Positions 25,770 through 32,000 of a stretch of DNA of 32,000 nt are shown here, in pieces. The stretch is taken from NCBI RefSeq assembly GCF_008000775.2, contig NZ_CP042905.2, positions 1,770,001 to 1,802,000 on the forward strand, given 5' to 3'. This DNA comes from Promethearchaeum syntrophicum (GTDB lineage: Archaea > Asgardarchaeota > Lokiarchaeia > Sigyniarchaeales > Promethearchaeaceae). Under the pieces are notes generated by a model. It searched no databases and was not told the origin of the DNA. It saw only the letters and a list, made by a program, of their open reading frames with translations. The stretch's first letter is position 1. Every line of letters starts with the position of its first letter. The translations under genes were made by a program, and so were the position numbers.

Positions 25770-26810
25770 CTAATCTATGCTAATTACAATTCGACCTTTT
25801 GAATGTCCAGTTTCATAATGAAGATGAGCCTTTGCTGTCTGACTTAGTGGATACACGGTATCTATAACTGGCTTAATCTTTCCACTCTCGATCCATTCTC
25901 TAAGTAAACTCAGAGCATCTGCGCTTTCATCTGCTGTAGGGGATTTTAATTTCTTCTTGCCAGATCCAAATCCAAAAATGTTTCTTAAACTATTAGTGGG
26001 ATTATTAGTAATATAAATTCCCGCTTCTGTTAGATTATTTGAACATTTCGATAAGGCACTTACTCCGATAGCATCATAAATTATATCATATTTCTGGTTG
26101 CTTGTTGTAAAATCTTCCTTTGTATAATCAATTACACAATCAGCCCCGATCTTTTTTACCATTTCTGTATTACTAGGTCCACAAATAGCAGTGACATGAG
26201 CACCATATTGTTTTGCAATTTGGATTCCAAATGTTCCATTTCCTCCAGATGCTCCTATGATAAGGACTTTCTGGTCTTTCTTTGGTCTAGCTAAATCTCT
26301 GAATGCTACTAAAGAAGGCGAAGCTCCTCCAGGAACAGCTGCAGCTTCTTGAAAGCTTAAATTTATCGGTTTTTTCGCTATTACATCAGCAATAACTGTC
26401 ATATATTGGGCGCAAGCTCCTCCCGAAGGAGAATATCCATACACTTTGTCTCCTTCTTTCCAATCAGATACTTCTTTTCCAAGCGATACGACTTCACCTG
26501 CAAAACTAAAACCTGGAATTTTCTGTTTTGGTTTTATAAGACCACCAAATGAAAGTCGTAAAAAAAATCCTATCAATAATTTTAATCCCCAAAACGTCAC
26601 TTTTGGGGCCTTTCCTCCTCGATGTAATACATCTACTGTATTTATTGAAGATCCGTAGTTCCTTACTAAAACTTCATTACTCTTTGGGATTGGTATTTCT
26701 TTTTTTCTTAATTTAAGAACCTCTGGTGCCCCGTATTTTGTAATAGTTATTGCATTCATTTTCTTCTTATCTTGGATTTTAATATTATTGTTTTCCATTA
26801 TTTTCACCAT
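25770..26810 (-). CDS. MDR-superfamily NAD(P)H-dependent oxidoreductase (quinone oxidoreductase / VAT1-like)
   Basis: YGAPEVLKL, KEGDKVYGY and Rossmann motif KVLIIGASGGNGTFGIQIAKQYGAHVTAICG. A likelier start is ATG at the complement of 26757-26759 (MNAITITKYG). Confidence 0.8.
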   Translation of the reverse strand: MVKIMENNNIKIQDKKKMNAITITKYGAPEVLKLRKKEIPIPKSNEVLVRNYGSSINTVDVLHRGGKAPKVTFWGLKLLIGFFLRLSFGGLIKPKQKIPGFSFAGEVVSLGKEVSDWKEGDKVYGYSPSGGACAQYMTVIADVIAKKPINLSFQEAAAVPGGASPSLVAFRDLARPKKDQKVLIIGASGGNGTFGIQIAKQYGAHVTAICGPSNTEMVKKIGADCVIDYTKEDFTTSNQKYDIIYDAIGVSALSKCSNNLTEAGIYITNNPTNSLRNIFGFGSGKKKLKSPTADESADALSLLREWIESGKIKPVIDTVYPLSQTAKAHLHYETGHSKGRIVISID

Positions 26811-26835
26811 ATTATTTTAAAAAACTGTATGAATT

Positions 26836-27318
26836 TCACTCTTTTTGTAGGTTCTTTTTTAAATTCTGTGCAAAAATTTCTGCATGCTTAAGATCTTCAG
26901 CATTAGGCTTAGTTTTGTTCATTCCCCCAAATATTTTAAGAAAACTATTGGTGTTTAAACCCTTACAATTGAATTCATCAACAATAACATACCCTTTGAT
27001 TTGTAGTTTGTTCTTAATTGCTGAGTGTTTTTGAGGTAATTCCCATGTAGTTGCACTTGTTGAAAAAATAAAAGCTTTTTTCTTGTTGACTTGTGGTAAT
27101 TTATCCGCAAGATCAAGCAGATCTTGGTGGAAATTTTCACCATAAATACCCGAACCAAAGCCAATTAGACTATACTCTTGAAGTTCTTCGGGATTTATTT
27201 GGTGGGGATTCTTTATTTGTGCATCAAGAACTTCTGATATAACCTTCGCAATTTTTTCCGTATTCCTGTGATGATAAGAAACCAAAACCAATAATGTCTT
27301 GGGTATATTTATTTTCAT
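26836..27318 (-). CDS. Flavodoxin-like fold family protein
   Basis: KTLLVLVSYHHRNTEKIAKVISEVL...EYSLIGFGSGIYGENFHQDLLDLADKLPQVNKKKAFIFSTSA. ATG at the complement of 27316-27318 is preferred over TTG at 27345. Confidence 0.75.
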   Translation of the reverse strand: MKINIPKTLLVLVSYHHRNTEKIAKVISEVLDAQIKNPHQINPEELQEYSLIGFGSGIYGENFHQDLLDLADKLPQVNKKKAFIFSTSATTWELPQKHSAIKNKLQIKGYVIVDEFNCKGLNTNSFLKIFGGMNKTKPNAEDLKHAEIFAQNLKKNLQKE

Positions 27319-27356
27319 TTCAATATACCCTACTAACTTATTCAATATTTAGTTTT

Positions 27357-29123
27357 TTATTTCTTTTTCTTGCTTTTTTTTTGTTTGGATATAAGCTCAC
27401 GCAATGCTTTTGCATCCAATCCTAAATAACCATCCTTTGAGAAAATGGGAGATCTAATTTGATGCATATCCCTGTCCTCAGAACCAATGAATAAAATACC
27501 CTTTTTCAGAAAAGCATCAAAATAGTTGATAAATTTCATCTTATTTGATGTTAAATTTGATTCTTCTTCAACACTATTTTTATGTATCTGAAGGAAAGGT
27601 TCTTCTTCTCCTTCTCCCTTCAAAGCCTTTTCAACACCTAATGCTTTCATTCCTGTGAATAAAGCACCAATTGTAGCTACAAAGGGTAATTGATGTGCCA
27701 TCGTGTTAACACTTAGTAAAGCTTGAATGTTTTTTGCGGATAATGATTCAGAAAGTATTTTTATATCAAAACCGAAACATCCCTTGAAATTTACTTCCAA
27801 AGATTCCTCAACCGCATTCTTTATTCCTTTAAGTCTTGAAAGTGAATCATCTTGATGTTGATTAAAATATTTTATAAATGGTTTAGTATCTATTATATCG
27901 ATAATGGGTTTATTATCCTTTACACTGAATTTCACTAATGTGTTGTAAGATCTATCATCTTCTCCATTTTTATAAACGACAATCAAGATATTTTGGAAAT
28001 ATTGAATTACTACTTTAATTGCCATTCCAAAATTCTCTGCACCTTTTCCAAGTTCGAAACCAAAAAGCTTTAAAAATTCATTTAATAAAGAATCAGGGCT
28101 CCAAATTGATGTATATGATATAGAGAATAAATCTGCAAAAAGATCAAAAATGTTTTGTCCAGATTGGTTCCATTCTTTCAATATTTTTAAAAGTTGATGG
28201 TCAAATATTGCTTGGGTTCTAAAACCTGTGATACTATAAAGTAAATTGGCTATTTCCTTTGGTTGTAATTTTTCTGCATTACATTTTTTTATTATTTTCC
28301 AAGCAAGGGGATTTATACTAATTGTGTTATCTTCTACTATTGTTCTAAAAGCAAATAAAATTTGATTTGTAGCTTTTGAAATAATCACTATATTTGCCAT
28401 GGTTCCTTCAAGCAATGTGGAAATAATAGTGCTCCATTTTGGAAGTTCTTCATTTTTTGCTTTTACAATCATATCTTTTAAAAAGGTTAATAATAATCCT
28501 TGAGATTCAATTAATGAGAATGCATAATTTACGAAAGGTAATCCAAATTTTAAGATTATTTGATCTTTAAAATTATCGATTGCTTCAAAGGCATTGAATA
28601 TATTGAGATTTAGCAGTGGAATTTTTGATTCTGTGAGAATTTCTTTTATATTGGAGGGTATTATAATAGTTCGAAAAATTTCATCAGACTTAAGAAAAAG
28701 ATTTAATTCTTCTTGGAATGGTTCCATTTTTTTTATTTTTATTGAAATTTCCTTAAGTAGACTTGATTTTTCTTCAGTATTTTCAATTTCTGAGAAGTTA
28801 AATTTAAGAGTAAAATTTGATTCTATATGTTTTTCTTCAATTTTATCCGTGTTTACCAGAAAAAGGTCAATTGCTGATAACTCTTCATTGATAATAACAT
28901 AACAATAATTGCTAAATGGTTTGATTTGATAAAAATATTTTAAGAGTAAATATATTTGATGTAAATCCCATTTTATCGGAAATCCAGAAATTAATTGATC
29001 TGGAATTACTATATCATCAATAATATTCAATGCGATTTTATTCATAAAAGAAAATAAGTCTTTGATATTATTTTTAACTGGGATATTCTGTTCTTCAGCA
29101 ATATCTTGTAAATTAGTATTCAT
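27357..29123 (-). CDS. Hypothetical 588-aa cytosolic protein, no recognisable domain, Lys-rich C-terminal tail
   Basis: Long uninterrupted ORF co-directional with downstream flavodoxin and oxidoreductase genes. ATG is the complement of 29121-29123. No TM or signal. Ends KQKKSKKKK. Confidence 0.7.
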   Translation of the reverse strand: MNTNLQDIAEEQNIPVKNNIKDLFSFMNKIALNIIDDIVIPDQLISGFPIKWDLHQIYLLLKYFYQIKPFSNYCYVIINEELSAIDLFLVNTDKIEEKHIESNFTLKFNFSEIENTEEKSSLLKEISIKIKKMEPFQEELNLFLKSDEIFRTIIIPSNIKEILTESKIPLLNLNIFNAFEAIDNFKDQIILKFGLPFVNYAFSLIESQGLLLTFLKDMIVKAKNEELPKWSTIISTLLEGTMANIVIISKATNQILFAFRTIVEDNTISINPLAWKIIKKCNAEKLQPKEIANLLYSITGFRTQAIFDHQLLKILKEWNQSGQNIFDLFADLFSISYTSIWSPDSLLNEFLKLFGFELGKGAENFGMAIKVVIQYFQNILIVVYKNGEDDRSYNTLVKFSVKDNKPIIDIIDTKPFIKYFNQHQDDSLSRLKGIKNAVEESLEVNFKGCFGFDIKILSESLSAKNIQALLSVNTMAHQLPFVATIGALFTGMKALGVEKALKGEGEEEPFLQIHKNSVEEESNLTSNKMKFINYFDAFLKKGILFIGSEDRDMHQIRSPIFSKDGYLGLDAKALRELISKQKKSKKKK

Positions 29124-29307
29124 CAATAAAAAATATCCTTCATCTATAAAAAAAATTATTTTTTAGAGTTCACGTTTAAAAGTTAGTTTTTAACAAGTTA
29201 ATCAAATTACACCCAATTACTCTAAATTTATTTATAAGAAATATAAATAATTATATAGTGGAAAAAAAAGAAACTATATCCCGTTATATTATGTTGTGAG
29301 TTTATCT

Positions 29308-30315
29308 ATGGTAAATGAAAATGATGAATTATTGGAAAAAGAGATAGATAAATTAGTGGAAATCTATGAAATGCTGATTTCTCAACCTACTCCTGAAGAA
29401 GAAGAGGACGCCCAAAGAGAATTATTGATTATATTAACGGATGTTAAAGATCTTTTAGGAAATTTTGATCAATTTCATGAATTAGATGAATTAGTTCAAA
29501 TTATATCCGATTGGGATACTTTGGAATCGTGGTTCTATGAAATTAATGGATTGGAAGAAAAATTGGTTAATTTTTTAAGTAAATTCCGTCATGTTAGGAG
29601 AAGACAAAAAGAACCGAGAGAGGCGACTATTCCATTAACACAAGGACTGGACAGATCGGATTCAAATTTTGATGAAGTTAAAGAATCAAGAATTGATAAA
29701 ACTTTTCAAACTGTAGAGAAAAAAATGAAAAATTTGATGACACGTGATAGTTTGATTCATGAGGAGAAACCACAGCAGGCTCACATTGAATCTGTTCCAA
29801 AATCATCTCATTCGCATTTAAAATCTAAATTAGTCGCACCTAAGATTGTTATTCCTCCTGTAATGGCACCAAAAAAGAGAATTGAGCCAAGTTCAGTGTC
29901 TTATTCAATTACACCCCAACCACCTCAAGAAGAAGAACCTATAAAAATAGACTATACTCCTCCTGAACCTCAATCAAAATCTGCATTTCGACCAAAAATA
30001 AATCCTATCCCTAGCTCTCAAAAAACTATAAAAATCCATCCTATTTCTTCTGATCAGTTTAAAAATTCACAAAGTTCAGTCGATCTTCCAACAGAAGATC
30101 TCAGCTCATTATCGTCTAAACAATTATATAGAGAATTAATAAGGTTGGAGGCAAAACAATATCATTTAATTAAGAAACAGAAAACTTTACAAGAGAAATT
30201 CAATGGTAGACAAATTAGTGAATCAGATTTTATAAGTACACGTGATGTAAATAATGTAGAAGTTAAAAATTGTGTAAATAAAATTCAACAGATAAAATCA
30301 ATTATAAACAGATAA
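29308..30315 (+). CDS. Hypothetical protein: acidic helical N-domain, Pro/Ser/Lys-rich disordered middle, C-terminal coiled coil
   Basis: ORF 29296..30315. ATG 29308 (MVNENDELLEKE) is preferred over GTG 29296. The middle segment PKIVIPPVMAPKKRIEPSSVSYSITPQPPQEEEPIKIDYTPPEPQ is low complexity. C-terminus is KQLYRELIRLEAKQYHLIKKQKTLQEKF. Confidence 0.6.
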   Translation: MVNENDELLEKEIDKLVEIYEMLISQPTPEEEEDAQRELLIILTDVKDLLGNFDQFHELDELVQIISDWDTLESWFYEINGLEEKLVNFLSKFRHVRRRQKEPREATIPLTQGLDRSDSNFDEVKESRIDKTFQTVEKKMKNLMTRDSLIHEEKPQQAHIESVPKSSHSHLKSKLVAPKIVIPPVMAPKKRIEPSSVSYSITPQPPQEEEPIKIDYTPPEPQSKSAFRPKINPIPSSQKTIKIHPISSDQFKNSQSSVDLPTEDLSSLSSKQLYRELIRLEAKQYHLIKKQKTLQEKFNGRQISESDFISTRDVNNVEVKNCVNKIQQIKSIINR

Positions 30316-30393
30316 ACTTAATTATAAACAGATAAAATCAATAATAAAAAAATACAAATAATAGTAAAATAAAATTTAATTGGAGAAAGTATC

Positions 30394-30798
30394 ATGTCTA
30401 AAGAAGAATATTCTAAACTTTTGCAATCCGCTTTTGATAACGGCATTCCCTTTATAAATATAACAGAGTTCTATTCTTATGCCCTCATTCCTCAAGGTGA
30501 TAAGTGGTTGGAAATTGCATACGATTTCGGTGAGAAATCGATAGACGAAAAAAAAGAGATTGATGGAGCTTCAGCTTTTTTTAAATTATGTGAAGAAGTT
30601 GAAAAAAGCATGGCTCTAGAATTAAAAGTATTTTATTTGAATAAATGGAAAGAGTTTAAAAAAGGATTATCTGGATCAGAAGGAGATAAACTTAAATCTT
30701 GCATTAAAGAACTAACCACTAATTCAAATGTGTATTCAGATGAATTGCCCGTAGTGTTTAATAAAGAAGATCTTGGAAAAATTCTTAGTAAACTTTAA
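30394..30798 (+). CDS. Hypothetical protein (134 aa)
   Basis: ORF with a GGAGA-like element 8-13 nt upstream of the ATG. No motif recognised. Confidence 0.55.
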   Translation: MSKEEYSKLLQSAFDNGIPFINITEFYSYALIPQGDKWLEIAYDFGEKSIDEKKEIDGASAFFKLCEEVEKSMALELKVFYLNKWKEFKKGLSGSEGDKLKSCIKELTTNSNVYSDELPVVFNKEDLGKILSKL

Positions 30799-30914
30799 CC
30801 TATCTTAAGTTAGAGAATTCTTTTCAAAGTTTATTTATAAGCCTCATAAAATAAAAAAGTCGAGGTTTTTTTTACTATATTATAAATAACTTATAACTCA
30901 AAATGTGATCACAT

Positions 30915-31397
30915 ATGTCTGACCCTAAACCAATAGATTCAATACTCCGGAAGATCAAAAAAAAATGGGATTTGGATAAGGAAAATTGGTCAATATTGAG
31001 CAACCATGATAAAGATGGCAATAAAGAAATGCTTATCACTCAAGCACCTAATAGTTATTGGCTAAAAATGAAGACTGTCACTGCTAGAAGTCAAATGGCG
31101 TATGGTGTTGAATTAAAAAATTTAGATGAAGAAATCAGTAAGAAATTAGAAAAAAACAAAAAAATACCAGGAAAACCTAATACTAAACAAGAACTTATGC
31201 AATTATTTGGATTAATCGTACCGTCTAAAAAGGATATTTTATATACTGCTGGAGTTGAACAAATTTCACCTCAAAAAGTACAAACCCAAAAAGATAAAAT
31301 CGAGGAAAAAGAAAAAGACGCAGATAAATTGTTTAGATTATATTTACGAAGAAAATGGCAAAGAGAACAAGCATTAAGGGATGGATTGTATCTGTAA
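30915..31397 (+). CDS. Hypothetical Lys-rich protein (160 aa)
   Basis: ORF co-directional with the two preceding genes. No motif recognised. Confidence 0.5.
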   Translation: MSDPKPIDSILRKIKKKWDLDKENWSILSNHDKDGNKEMLITQAPNSYWLKMKTVTARSQMAYGVELKNLDEEISKKLEKNKKIPGKPNTKQELMQLFGLIVPSKKDILYTAGVEQISPQKVQTQKDKIEEKEKDADKLFRLYLRRKWQREQALRDGLYL

Positions 31398-31409
31398 ATT
31401 ATTTAAATA

Positions 31410-32000
31410 CTAAATTCTACCATTTTTTAGATATTTTTGAGTACTTTGGTGATCAAACCAATAATTACCACTCCAACAAACCGTACATAAATCTTCTTTA
31501 GGAAGGTTCACGGCATCAATCATACCTTCCATGGATAAATACACCAAACTATCTGCATCAATCTCTTTACGCACTAATTCATTAGCTTCATCAGTAGAAG
31601 AAGCTTCAAATTCTTTCCTACAAAAAATTAATTCTTCTTTGGAGGGGAAATCTACTCCATAATGACAAGGAAATCTAATTGGTGGACAGGATGATCTAAC
31701 ATGAACTTTAACGGCCCCAGCCCATCGTAATAATTTTACAATTCTTGTCATTGTAGTTCCCCGAACAATGCTATCATCGATCAGGATAATTTCCTTCCCT
31801 TCTACAATAGCCGGAACTGGATTTAATTTCATTCTTACCAAATTCATTCTTTCAGCTTGACTTGGAGCAATAAAACTTCGAAAAACATACCTATTTTTCA
31901 TTAAACCTTCGTCATATGGAAGACCACTTTCTTTTGCATAACCCAATGCAGCAGATCGTCCTGAATCAGGTACAGGAACAACGATTGCATTATTATATTT
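31410..32000 (-). CDS. purF: Amidophosphoribosyltransferase, C-terminal PRTase part; the N-terminus lies beyond the window end
   Basis: PRPP-binding loop EIILIDDSIVRGTTMTRIVKLLRWAGAVKVHVRSSCPPIRFPCHYGVDFPSKEELI. The frame remains open upstream of the Met at 31946 (…SGRSAALGYAKESG). Confidence 0.88.
   Translation of the reverse strand, partial: KYNNAIVVPVPDSGRSAALGYAKESGLPYDEGLMKNRYVFRSFIAPSQAERMNLVRMKLNPVPAIVEGKEIILIDDSIVRGTTMTRIVKLLRWAGAVKVHVRSSCPPIRFPCHYGVDFPSKEELIFCRKEFEASSTDEANELVRKEIDADSLVYLSMEGMIDAVNLPKEDLCTVCWSGNYWFDHQSTQKYLKNGRI

Noticed and set aside
1-32000. tRNA, rRNA or other structured RNA genes; transposases or integrases
   Set aside because: Scanning intergenic regions by eye found no T-loop-like GGTTCGAATCC/GGTTCAAATCC sequence or its complement and no GC-rich structured segments. 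No ORF has DDE, tyrosine or serine recombinase motifs. This is a manual scan only; tRNAscan/Infernal would be decisive.

Overview
AT-rich archaeal chromosomal window, about 25-45% GC by eye depending on the gene. Archaeal assignment rests on a tightly coupled uS13-uS4-uS11 cluster, archaeal-type AspRS, TruD/Pus7-type pseudouridine synthase, a Hef-type helicase, ADP-forming acetyl-CoA synthetase alpha, TATA-box promoters and oligo-T terminators. A cytosolic LRR protein, a Roadblock/LC7 protein and the very low GC suggest an Asgard (Lokiarchaeia-like) genome; that is inference only. The left half (1-16.1 kb) is an accessory-looking region. It has large secreted or surface proteins: a tandem-module protein with a tentative Cys-peptidase domain, a subtilase remnant, a DNRLRE-like surface protein, a 1258-aa 3xLamG + caspase-fold protein, and a TSP3-repeat protein. 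These are interleaved with four G/C3-richer cytosolic genes: Hef with a degenerate nuclease domain, a PIN protein and two GNAT-fold proteins. The right half carries the LRR gene, then a long minus-strand gene string: Roadblock, small unknown, aspS, truD, rps11-rps4-rps13, acdA, coiled-coil protein, MDR oxidoreductase, flavodoxin-like protein and a 589-aa unknown. Three unknown plus-strand genes and the 3' part of purF follow. I recognised no rRNA, tRNA, CRISPR array, transposase or integrase. The most unusual item is the membrane-anchored extracytoplasmic caspase-fold (clan CD) protein, which has three lectin-fold modules and a large insert between the catalytic His and Cys. Also notable are the FANCM-like Hef with a dead nuclease and the unrecognisable gene block at 27.3-31.4 kb. 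All domain calls are by-eye motif recognition, not database searches.
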